A DNA stretch of 56,968 nt, the filler included, from Sphacelaria rigidula (lineage: Eukaryota), in the NCBI GenBank assembly GCA_964200075.2. It is 8 parts of 8 records of this genome, joined end to end, with 100 filler letters (N's around TTAATTAATTAA, not from the genome) between each part and the next. Parts side by side here need not be neighbours in the genome. Positions count along the whole stretch, not along the records: positions 21,403 to 28,436 come from CAXNAA020016842.1; positions 28,537 to 35,569 come from CAXNAA020016843.1; positions 35,670 to 42,702 come from CAXNAA020016844.1; 5 more parts are not named here. One strand, written 5' to 3'. Positions 24,606-36,341 of the stretch are shown piece by piece; within the stretch, counting starts at the first letter, position 1; each line of letters opens with the position of its first letter. Below the pieces are notes generated by a model that saw only the letters and a program-made list of their open reading frames with translations, was not told the DNA's origin and ran no database searches. A program made the translations under genes and the position numbers.

Positions 24606-26727
24606 TCAAAAGACGCAATCGCAGTCGGGGTTACGGGATTGGTGCAAAGGAGAGAGAAGAGGCTGAGGCTGCGGCGGGTGTCGCTGGCTTTCCCACGGTG
24701 CCAATGGAGCATCTTGGATGCTGCAACAGGGGCATCTGCTGCTTTTGCGATCTCGTTTCTTGCGGCGAAAAGCCGAGATTTTGAAGTTTTAAAGTCGAAT
24801 GCGATGCTTTGCTGTGCGTGGCACGTTGCGTGGGAGTCGTGCCATGGTTTGCAGCAAGCACGGTCGCGGCCATCCTGGAAGGTGGTCGCCTGTGGACGCA
24901 TGACTGTTGGATCCCCTGCGCCTCGATTCTTCTCCTGGTTGCCTTTATGGACGATTTACTTAGCAGCCTTTTTGACTATCCCCACACAGAGATTCCCGCT
25001 TTTGTGTTACTTGCTGTTGTATTCCCAATATGGTTCCCGATCCTTTACAGAAGAAGAGTTAAGTACGAGAGTAGTGAAGCGAACCAGGGCGAAGGTCACA
25101 GTCTCGTGGGAGTGGGGGGGGTGGTGAAGGAAACAACAATTCCCCAGTGGGGAGTTGGTTGTGGCGTCGCAAGTGGCGCGGCGAAACAGCGTAGACGACG
25201 GAAATGATCGGAACATGGCACCAAGTAGCAAGCTTGAGCTAACCTTGCTCCAGCGTGACCACCGCTGACATCTGTGACGATGTTGCTTCTGATACATGAG
25301 CTATTATATACACCTTCACAGCGGCTGTTATAAATTCGTATGTGATTTTGCCTTTGCCGCGGCGGCATAATGACCACAGAGGCAACGGCGTCCCGCCTAG
25401 AACATGCCTGAGTGATGCCACGATAGGGGGGGGGCGTAGTCATTTGTTGCTTGCCTTAGTCATTTGACCATTGACCACGCATCCCTTTCGAGACGGAGCA
25501 TAAAACAGGGGGGGAAAGACTATAAATAAAAAAAACGGGGCTTAGTTTAAATAAAAACGGGCTTACGGAGCTAATGCCTTTTCTATGCGCGGTATCGTAG
25601 CCCACCCATGTCACATCTAGACAGTGACAGTGACACATAGCTAGCATGCGTACTGATGTATATTTTGAAATTGATGCTGCTGACCACTCCCAATACATTG
25701 ACATTGACCAACGTGTATTGTTCTCAATACACAGCGCGACTTTTTATACAAACATGTTGAAAGGTTTTCAGGCAATGACTTGGCAAGTCATTTTTTCGAT
25801 AAAAAAAGTGCCGTAGAAAACAAAAACTCCGATCTTATAGGTCGTGATTTTCATCATGAATCAAGCTGGTTGAATTTAAGACCTGTCAATTCGGGGTTTC
25901 TCTTTGCCCCCGCACATTCTCGATTTTAAAAAATGTGCCAAGACACGCCCTCAGACCCTGCACAACTGATCAACACTAAAATTTAGATTCCTCTAGAGCC
26001 TGAGGGCGGAAAATACAGATTTTACACTCGCGGGTCAAAGAAGTCCTAGGGCTGCATTATTCGTCATCTCGCGCTCTGCTGCGCGAAGACAGCGGGAGCT
26101 GGACCGTTTGAGCGCTTTTTAGTCTCTACAGTAGAGTAGTCGTAAAAATCCAGTTTCCTTCTACATCATCAACAACAGTTTTATGCGAGCAATTACTTTG
26201 TATTCGAAATCTTACATGGTGTGGACGTGTGAAGTGATCCCACGAAACACACGCCGTATCGTCCAGGTTTATCACGTTCGAAGTTGTGAGAACATACTGC
26301 CACCACACACACAAGGAGGGATCGCGCGTTGACCCCAACATTTTACTTGCGGCAACGGTGTATCACGTTCGAAGTTTGTGCATTATACCTATCTATTAGA
26401 AGTAAATTTGTCTCATTCTTAGGTGCAGTGTGGCTATAGAGATATCATCCACTCCGCTCCCAGAATTCGTATAAAAACTATTGTCCGACTCATTTCGCGT
26501 CGTTTCGTTTGCGGTATTAATACAAATATATAATTCCAAATTCCCTCGAACATTTTGCGATGGACTTCGCATGACCCGTAGAATTATGTACATACTGACT
26601 GTACTGTGTATATCTTTGGTGTCCCAATCGACAACGTGGCCCACGAGTATTTCTGCATATGATCGAGCACGATGGTGTCTATAATACAACGAAAGTATGC
26701 AGACACAGCAGTACCCAGGCGTAGGGT

Positions 26728-27072
26728 GTTGTCGTCCCATCTATTCTGGATGCCGGTCTCCAACTTTCGGTGTGTGTGGGCGCACCAGCCGGGGTCACAC
26801 AGGGGGAAGGTTAACACAGGAGTTTTTTTCCTTTTTGTTTGTTTTTAGTTCTCCACCTTGCTTCTGCCGTGCTCCTTTATTTTTTTTATCGCGAGAGGGG
26901 TTCAGCAGTCCCTTTCCCTCGTCGACCGTTACGTCGAGTTTTGCATACCCACGACATAGTCCACTATTGGGCATGGTGTGAGGAAGAATCCCATGTCGCT
27001 CCGAGATCTGAACCCAAGACCCAATCGTCAGAAGGTTTCGAGGTTACCAACTGAGCCACCGGGGCGACCGGC
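26728..27072 (-). mobile_element. tRNA-headed SINE family D (also 29281-29546, 35772-36133, interrupted copy 45350-45840)
   Basis: Head GCCGGTCGCCCCGGTGGCTCAGTTGGT (A box)...GGTTC(G)AATCTCGG (B box). The 3' end is AGAATA(G/A)ATGGGACGACAACA(ACAA). Confidence 0.8.
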
Positions 27073-27671
27073 ATCTATCAAACACAATCATTCCCAGAAT
27101 CAGTCATACAGGTGGCGTCACTATTAAAGAAAATCTAGTTTGAGGCGAGGCTCAAACCCTATTCTTATCGCCGAGCCAAGAGTAATTTCTTGAAACCAAT
27201 TTCTTGCTTTCCGCACACGCGCAGTGATGAATTTCCCAGACGCCACTTACTTATTATTCCCGCGTGCGTACAAAATGATGGAATTCTTCAAAGCAAATAT
27301 CTCTTTTTACGAAGGGACGTAGTATTTATACTAAAGTACAATGTAGGAAGACATCTCATGTTTTATTTAGTGTTGCTTAGACAGATCATCTGCAGGGGCC
27401 TCGCAGTGTACAGCGAAAAAAATGGTTGAGCAGTACAGTCGTAGTATACTGTAAGTGCAATGAACGTAAATAAGTAAGTGCAATCACATCGGGGTGGATC
27501 GCAATACAACTATCATACTGTATCATGCATGTATGATATAGTACATACCGGTATATTAGAGACAAAGTGGCAATAAACAAAATATGCAGTCACAGCTCGT
27601 TGTATTTACTGTATACATAGAGTATACTAGTACGTATACATTTAACAGTCAATCAATCATCGAAATTGGGG

Positions 27672-28065
27672 ATGGAGCTTTTCATTGAGGATGAGAACCC
27701 GGAGAATGAAACTCTTTGTATCCACACCAAATGTTCGAAATATGGTTCCATTCCTTCACCTACTGGTAGCTGTTGACAACTATGACACGCCATACAAATT
27801 TGGATTTCGATTACGGAAATGTTGGGGTCCTCAGTGAAAAATTGTTTTCGGAGAATTTCGGTGATCCGATCGGATCGCCGAAATTCCCCGAGATTGGTTT
27901 TCATCTAGGGCCTGAACATTTCGGTAATCGAAATCCAAGTTGTATGACGTGTCGCAGTTGTTAATAGCTACCAGTAGGCGAAGGAATGGAACCATATTTC
28001 GAACATTTGGTATGGATACGAAGATTTAAATTCTCCGCGTTCTCATCCTCGATGAAAAACTCCAT
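27672..28065. repeat. ~395-bp inverted repeat (foldback element)
   Basis: Arms complementary around the central palindrome GATCCGATCGGATC (~27869). The mirror-image ORFs share MEPYFEHLVWI. Confidence 0.8.
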
Positions 28066-28124
28066 TCGTCGGACGAGTTGTCACTCGTCGAAACAAGTGC
28101 ACTCGTGGATGTTGTTTGAAGACA

Positions 28125-28365
28125 CAACGAGCATGACTCGTGTGCTCGCGTCGCTACCTTTTTTCTACAACTAGTGATGACTTGTGCGCTTGAGTAATAT
28201 CGTTTGTTTTTCAAACGAGCAATGACTCGTGTGCTCAAGTCATTACTTTTTTTACAACGCGCAATGACTCGTGCCCTCGAGTCACTACTTTTTTCTACAA
28301 CGAGCAATGACTCGTGTGCTCGAGTCATTTATTTTTCCACGACGAGCAATGACTCGAGTGCTCGC
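28125..28365. repeat. ~41-bp tandem repeat with internal palindrome
   Basis: Units ACGAGCAATGACTCGTGTGCTCGAGTCACTACTTTTTTCTACA, about 6 copies. Confidence 0.75.
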
Positions 28366-28848
28366 CCTGTAAATGTACTACTCAAGATATACTCTCCGAC
28401 GCTTGAGTAGAACTCTGATGTCTGTGTGTGAGGGGGNNNNNNNNNNNNNNNNNNNNNNNNNNNNNNNNNNNNNNNNNNNNTTAATTAATTAANNNNNNNN
28501 NNNNNNNNNNNNNNNNNNNNNNNNNNNNNNNNNNNNGCATGTTTTCGATCGAAAAAAAAATGTTTTTTCACTCGTTGCATTCTTCTCCGCGCGCCGCTGA
28601 TTATAATTTTGAGTTGAAGCCTTCGAGGAACATAAATGCGGTGGACCTATCAGATATGCAAAAACATATTCGATCGCACTTTTTTTATCCAAAAAAAAAG
28701 TGCTAAGACACACCCCTCGGCGCTGAAATTATGACACAACGTTTTGATTTTCACTGCGCACAGCATTTCTGGGGGTGCATTCGTTTTTTTCCTCGTTCAA
28801 GGAGTTTTATCATTTTTCTAGTTTTTGCAGAAATTTCAGATCGCTTAA

Positions 28849-29117
28849 CCCTTAGACCGCGAGGTTAGTCTTCTGTTGAATCGGCATCAATTTCAAGTGA
28901 AAAAAGCATGCATGATCCCGAAAGACTAATCTCTAATCTCGCGGTCTAAGGGTTAACCCTTTTGGGATCGGCCTCCCAGAAACATATGGTTTGCACCCAG
29001 GGGCCCTCTTTGTGAATCGGCATCATTTTTAATCGTTTTCAGGTCAAAATGATGCCGGTCCACGGAAAGGCCCCTGCGTGCGAACCACATATTTCTGGCA
29101 GTTCGGTCCCGAAAGGG
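28849..29117. mobile_element. Two abutting piggyBac-type MITEs (28849-28952 and 28957-29117)
   Basis: TTAA at 28845, 28953 and 29118. TIRs CCCTTAGACCGCGAG (15 bp, perfect) and CCCTTT(T/C)GGGA(T/C)CG. Confidence 0.8.
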
Positions 29118-30646
29118 TTAACTGCCTGTTTTTTCTTGTTTTTCCGATGAACCTCGAGAAATGTTGTGCGTAGTGATGATGAAAATGTGTGTGTCAAAAT
29201 TTCAGTGCCCAACTCGTCGAATTACCCACCGCATCGCCAACATTCATTCAAAAATCACTGTCAAGTGGCCCAGCCTGTAGGCGCTCTCGACTGTTGGGCA
29301 TTGTGTGAGAAAAAATTCCAGATCGCTCAGTTCTCCAACTTCCTCCTGTAGTGCTCGCCTTTATTTTTATCGCGGGGGGGGGTTCAGCAGTCCCTTTCCC
29401 TCGTCGACCGTCAAGTCAAATTTTGTGTACCCACGACATCGTCGCTCTCGACTGTCGGGCACTGTGTTGGAAAAAATCTGAGTTCGCTCCGAGATTCGGA
29501 CCCAAAACCCAACCGTCAGACCGTGTCGGGGTTACCACCTGAGCCATATCACTATACCTCATTGTTCCTCCGCGTTTCTTTTTTATCGTCTTTCGATCAT
29601 GGATTTCTGGTCGATAGGGCTTCATTCACGGCCATGACGGTATGCCAACATGCCAATGCAAACATTTTTTTTTCACTTCGTTTCAAATTGCAAATAATCT
29701 CGCAGTGAAGATCCAAACACTTTGTACTCGGGGGGCCCAACGAGAGCCACCCACTGACTGTGCTGTGGTTGTTGCGCATTTCTGCCGTGATAGTCTGTAC
29801 TGAATGTTGGAGATCGGAGATTGGATACTGGGGCTCAGAGAAGAAGGCTTGCGCCCTTCCCTCTCGACGTTAGATCGACCAGAATGGAGTGCTTGGCTGC
29901 AGAACGTGGAAACCTCTTCTGAATTACCAACTCGCCAAATCGTCCTGAATGGAACGGACATTTCACTGCTACATAGTCTCTCAACGATCATCAATACAGA
30001 TATATTGGAGTCTCAACCCCGACTGTACTTACTATACGGTGTTGGGTGGGGTGCCCTTGAGAGTAACGACAGTAGTGAAACGCCACGCACACCTGCATAC
30101 AAGGAGCAAGAAATGCCCCCTCAAGGAGGTTGTCCATCATATCCGCGTGAAACGCCACTACCGTCGGTACTGTACGAACTGTACGGCCTACATCGCATAG
30201 AGTACGCTTCTATAAGTGTTCAAACGGTGATTTAACGACAGTCAGGTCGGCGCACTGCAGAGTACGCCATCTCTTGATTCCACGGCTTGGAAAGCAGTCA
30301 CGCAGGTTTACAGTACCGTACAGAGTAGTAGTAACTCAGTCCACTTCAGTTCATGTGTCGTCTGCACCGCACAAAGGCTTCACGGAAGGATGTATATTTG
30401 GGTGGGGGGGGGGAGGGGGGGAGAAGACTCATGAATAGGCCTTCGTCAATGATAAAGATCACCACCAACCCGCTGCATAACAGAAGCCATATATGACCGT
30501 ATGCGGCGCTCACGCTGACTGTGCCGAGCCTGATGCACTGCACTGCACATTGTACTGTTGTAATGAACTGCTGTTTGGTGGTTCTTGGCTTGAAGATCAA
30601 AATACAAATTCAGGGGGCATTCGTCTTGTACTGCACAACAGTATAC

Positions 30647-30789
30647 CTGGTCATCTCCTTTTCGGCAGGCTTGGTCACAGAAGTTTCCGCAGCAGGCTTC
30701 GCGTTAACCACCGTTGTTGCTGTCGTGGTACTGCTCTCCGGAGCCTTGTTTTCGCTCTCATCCATCGGGTCAGCCTTATCTATGCCCAT
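30647..30789 (-). CDS. Probable first coding exon (MGIDKADPMDESENKAPES...KPAEKEMT+AG) of a gene continuing beyond the contig; possibly PRMT1-like
   Basis: ATG at 30789, open for 47 codons to a phase-2 AG|gtatac donor. EMTS recalls the PRMT1 N-terminus (MTSKDYYFDSY), but no downstream exon is visible, so the identity is speculative. Confidence 0.45.
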
Positions 30790-31270
30790 ACTCGCCGACT
30801 GACAGCTGAAATTCAGCGTTGTGAAATTATCTCCGCACAGTTGACAGTCCCTGCTCTCGTGGCTCCGCTCCTGCTCCTGCTCCTGCTGCTGCTGCTGCTG
30901 CTGCTGCCAAAACTGCCGGCCCTACACACTACTTCCAGAACCAAGCTTTGCAATCCTACGGAGACACGGGTAATGTATGTTGTTATCGATGGAGATGGTG
31001 TGGGTGTGCTGTACCGCTGGGTTTCTTGGTGCGGTGTCAGCAGGTAGATCGAACGGCGAGGCGTAGCTGGGCAAAATCCCGTCCTTCCACAAATGGCAAA
31101 CTATATACCAGTATACTTCTTCGTAACGAGGCGTTCCCCCTTATACTATCACCCCCCTTAAATAACATGTAGAAAAAGACATGGCGCGAGGAATCCGCCG
31201 ACAGTCCCGTCAGTACCCGTTTTTTGTCCCAAGTATACAACACGAGCTGCACAAATCGAGGGCTTAGGAT

Positions 31271-34200
31271 ATGTCGGCGCCCGCGGGAGCAGCACCAGCA
31301 CCGGAGCCTGAACCATTACCACGGCAGTGGGGTTTCAGTGAAATGTGAGTGGGTATGCATTGGCTTTTGCATGATGCAATAGTACAATTGCATAATTGCC
31401 CCGTGAACTCACGACAGTTCCTCTCTGGTACGGAGTGGTGAGTACGACAGTACAGTACAGATAACAAGGCCGGTCACTTTACATGTACCAGATCAGAGTA
31501 GTACAGCCAACAACAGTATATTTCGCGTTTCGCACAGCTCCTGGTATGCTCCAGGATGTATTATGATCTCTCCTCGTGCGGCAGTTTCGAGACATCCGAG
31601 CGCTTTTACGCAAACATTGCTCGGCTAACTTTGGTCTGCTGGCTTCAACTTGGACTGTGCAATCCAACGCGTCAACAGTTGTTCAGCGCCGTCTCCAAAA
31701 GCAACACGTTCGCCACGGAAAGATGCTGCATGGACTGCACTCACGCCGTGTGTGCAACACGCTTCTCGTCGCCTGTGCCCGGTTTACTTATTTTGTTCCT
31801 GGCATTCGGCAGAATAACGGCGAAACAAAACCGAGTGGTGGCTCTAAAACTGGTGTACTTCACTGTGCTCATGGTGACCTTGCCTGTCGGAACCTTTTTT
31901 TTGTTTCACGATTTCTTGCTTACAGGTGAGCTGAGAGTTTTTTTTAACGCGCGCAGGTTAATGAATTACCGACATGTTAAAGTACGATCCTAGGGTGCAG
32001 TACTTGGAGGGTGATATACCACGTACCTTGGTGGAGTGTTGCACATAGGTACTGGTGAAGTCGAGAGGGCACGTAGCGACGTTTCCCAGGAATTATACCC
32101 CCCGAAATATTCTAGCGGGGAAAATGAGGGGGGGGGGGGAGGGTACTGCGTATCCTACCTCGCCATTTTCCACCATATCTCAGGTGTACTACCTTAGTGT
32201 CCGGAAGACAAGAAAAAGCATGCCTGGGCGCCAGCTGGGCTGTGAAATGTCCATATCTTGAAAGAAATGTGACAACTTCGCTTTTCTTCAATTTGAACAC
32301 GTATACATGTACATGTGATGCCTGAGCGCTGCCTGGACTGCGAGAGATCCTTATTTGGCCTGAACAACTGAAATCTGTACTTTGCCCGGAGAATCGGCGC
32401 AGGAGAAGGGGGGGGGGGGGGAATTGGGGGACGGTAGTGTACTCATGATTTTGCATGCCTCAGTCGTATGACCGTTGACCTCGCATCCTACAAAGCCGGG
32501 ACGGAGCACGCCGGGTGTTTGCCGGACCAGGCTCGCAATCAATCGCCAAGCGCGAAGCGCGAAGCGCCATGATGTGTTCGGCGAGTCGCATGAAGGGTGA
32601 ACTGCATCCTGCTCAGATTCTGCGGCCCGAAGCCTACTGACCATCTTGCACTTGGATCACAACCTACAGTGAGTTGCTTCATTTTCTGGTATCGCCACTT
32701 TCAGAGAAAGCCACGGCTTACACACTGCCTGATGGGTGTCTCACCATTTCAATACTACGTAGTATGATCATCCCCTTTGCGCGGAAGAGGTTCTCCCACG
32801 CCGCACAAAATGATTGAGCTCGACCAGCATCATGGTTACCACAAAAAAAAAAGAAGCAAGCGCGCGAAGAGAACCGGTAACCTGGTTGCCTAGCTTACGC
32901 AGTGTATGGCGTATTTTACGGCGTCACCGCCAACTGGCGCCAACCCCATAGAGTCCGTCCCTACAAAGCCGGGACGGAGCACGCCGGGTTTTCGCGAGAT
33001 CAGGCTAAAGTGTGGGAGTGGGGGTCCTGAGAGGAAAATCTCAAGGTCCCTAATCGCAGTTCCAAAAATGCTCGAAACTTGTCACCCGAAAGTGGTATGC
33101 TACGTGAGTGTGTTGAACTCCGTGTACTGCGACGTTTGTTTTGTAGGTGGTTGCACCAGGGCAAATGGTGCAAAATCAACTGACTGGGGTGCCTCCCGAG
33201 TTGACCCTTACGTGGCGGGACGTTTCCACAACAAGATCCCACCCTCACGTACCTCGTTGGGTACACAGCAAGCGATAATAATTTGAAATGGGCAACATAG
33301 ATCTGGCGTGGGTACTGATGAGTCTAAACTACAACCACAATACAACCAGTGTGCAGGGACTGGGAAGACCGGCAAAACCTTAACTTGGCGCTTGTCGCAT
33401 ACCCTTGGATAGTACAGTTGTTCTGCACTACTTTCCATCACTGCCATTCCTCGGTGCGGATGCGTAGTCTCAAGGGATCACCTCTTTTCTCCCCTGGTCT
33501 ATGTATCACAATTTATAATCGCGGACTGCACCAGCACGCCTTCCCCACGTCAACCCTCGTGAAGTTTTCCGCTGCGCACGTCCTCCCGTTTCCATCGGCG
33601 GAAGCCATATATATATATATATATATATGTGTATCTTAACGCATTTATCAGCATTCGAACCCGCAACCTCCCACCTTACCAGGCTGTTGGTGTACCAGAG
33701 ATTCCACCGGAACACAGCAGCACTGTACTTGTATGCACCAGCAGTGGGAGCATTCTGGTTCTTGCTCCGCAGCGCTCATTGCTCAAAGTCAGTCGGGTAC
33801 TCCTCAAACTGGTCTAAGTACCGAAAGGATTGGGAAATTTAGAGTTGCTATGAAGTTCATCCTCATTGTTGACGCTGGATCGTCTCATCATGAGGTTTTC
33901 CTGCAAGCAGCATTGCATTCGTCAATTGCACCACTGGTCTACTTGGCTATGATTTTACCTTAGGTTGGTGAAGGTTGTTTGTTGAGATCACACCTACTAA
34001 TAGTTTCCTCCCTTTTTTATTTTTTATTTTTATTGGCTTCCCTCGGATTGTGTGCGTTCATGTCTTCCACCCCTTTCGCACTTCACTGCAACCTTGCCGC
34101 GTGTCCGGATCTCTGACCGTTCGGAAGGAATCTCGACCAACTACCAAACATTCTGGAGGTGAGATATTGTCAGCACCCCAGAGATACTTTTGTAGAGTGA

Positions 34201-34788
34201 TGCAATAAATACCTGCAGTAGCCCTAGACGGGACGAGGTGGAGGACGGGCGGCACTCGATCATTGTTAAGGTTTGTCTCGTGGCGACATGCCGAACATTG
34301 TTGGATATCCCTTCTGGTAATTCGTTGGTGGCTTTGTTTTGCTGTCTCATGTCCACTTGTGTCTGGACTGCCGGTCTTTGTATGTGATTTGTCGCCTGCC
34401 AGTACACGGCGGCAGTCACAAACAGGTCGTGCTATTCTGGCCGAAAAAAATTGCGGTGGACTTTTCCACGTCTTTCCGAGTACAAATATATATCATGTGA
34501 CCGGAGAAGTTGAAATCTATGCATTAGTGCTGCCTATCCTCTTCTAAACCTGACCGAGCTCACTTCTACACAACTTCTGGCTCACTGAATCATTCGCCTC
34601 CCTCTTCGCTCTCACTGCACTACTTTATCGTGCGCCGCTGTCGTGGTGCTGTGAACGCTCACAGTGGAATGGCTGCGGTGCTGACTGCCAACATCGTTGT
34701 CGGGGCGTATGCGATAATGGCGATACGAGAGGAACCTGTGGATCCTGGTGTCACCCCAACAAGTACCAAGCCCTTAAAAGTGGATTAA
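31271..34788 (+). CDS. VMA21: V-ATPase assembly integral membrane protein VMA21, complete; exons 31271-31344, 31813-31925, 34128-34158, 34665-34788 (113 aa)
   Basis: MSAPAGAAPAPEPEPLPRQWGFSEI|ITAKQNRVVALKLVYFTVLMVTLPVGTFFLFHDFLLTG|ISTNYQTFWS|GMAAVLTANIVVGAYAIMAIREEP...KPLKVD*. Two TM helices with KLxxFTxxMxxLPxGxFF and AAVxxANxVxxxY motifs. Intron phases 2/1/2 are consistent and give a 342-nt CDS. Confidence 0.88.
32437..33006 (-). mobile_element. Family B element, full-length copy in VMA21 intron
   Basis: Reverse-complement homolog of 15318-15873, including the ~45-bp terminal direct repeat. G-rich flanks. Confidence 0.8.
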
Positions 34789-36341
34789 GGGTCGTATGCG
34801 AAGTTCACCTCAGCAGTCCCTGCGCGTGGTGAATCACCGCTGTTACAGCTGTACGTGGAATGTTGGGTTAAGGTAACTCTGCTCATTTCATGTCGTAAAT
34901 GGTCATCTTCGTGGGACGGTGTAAAAAAAAGAGCTGATCGTGAACACCGGCGAAAAATAGAACTCTGTCGAATTCCCGAGTTAGTTGGTGGGGTGTTGTT
35001 TTTGTCTCTTTTGCGTTTGTGTGTGTGAACATCGTTGGTGGTGCCAGCGGTTCCGTGAGTTGATGGAATGGTGTAATCGTTTTGTTGCAAACGTAGCTCG
35101 GCAAAGAGCTTGTATCGCTGCCCTTCACCTTTCGGGGGGTGGGTAAATGTGCACTGAAGGCGCTGGAGGGACGGACACTATTCCCCGACGAAACCACGGC
35201 AAAATGTACGTTGTTACACGTCATGCAACCAGCGTAACTACAGCCCCCCCTTTGCGAGATGAATAGTACATACGAAAGTTGTGAAATGAACCACGGTTCA
35301 AAGTCGCTGTCCCGGGGGTAGGAGGATCATGAAGTCGCACGGGGACTTGGACCAAAAGCGGACATATTTTGTGTAAAGTATAGTAGTGGACCCGTGTTAA
35401 GGCAGCAAAAACATTGGGTACTGAACTATTTCCCCTGATTATCATGTAAAATAAAACGCGAGCGCACGATATTGGTTGCAGATTTTGCCCTGGAGACCTG
35501 TGATACCGCACGGGTCGAAAACAACACCCCGCCCCCCCACCCTCCCCCCCCCTCCACCTCCTGGAACACNNNNNNNNNNNNNNNNNNNNNNNNNNNNNNN
35601 NNNNNNNNNNNNNTTAATTAATTAANNNNNNNNNNNNNNNNNNNNNNNNNNNNNNNNNNNNNNNNNNNNCTAGGGATGCGAGGTCAATGGTCTGATGACT
35701 ATGGCAAGCATGATCATGAGTACACCCCCCCCTCCTCCCCAACTATAGTTTCCTCGTCTGTTAGACATGTGTCTTGTTGTTGTCGTCCCATTTATTCTGG
35801 ACGCCGGTCTACACCTTTCGGTGTATGTGGGCGCATCAGCCGGGGTCAACACAGGAGGAATGTCAACATAGGAGTTTTTTTCCCCATTTTTGTTTGTTAG
35901 TAGTATTCCATCTTCCTTCTGCGGTGCTTGCCTTTTTCTTTTTCATCGCGAGAGGGGTTCAGCAGTCCCTTTCCCTCGTCAACCGTTGAGTCGAATTTTG
36001 TACACCCACGACATTGTCGCTCTCCACCGTCGGACGTTGTGTGAGAAAAAATCCCACACCGCTCCGAGATTTGAACCCACGACCCAAACGTTACAAGGTT
36101 TCGAGGTCACCACAAAGCTACCGGGGCGACCGGCAAGGTATGGAAATACATTGTGTGCTTGTGCTTTCAGCCCGTTTACCTTACTACATCCACTTTTTTC
36201 GGCGGGAACGACGCCCAGATTTTCGATCCAGGTCAGCAAGATACGAGCAAGCACATAGCAACCCTTCCAACCAACCAAACAATCCGCCAAACAACACCCT
36301 AGCCATGCCAACCAAATATCCTCAATCAACACAACACACAC

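Noticed and set aside
33310-33345. CTGATGAG hammerhead-like core (also reverse strand at ~55242)
   Set aside because: No properly placed stem II-GAAA or cleavage triplet could be found.
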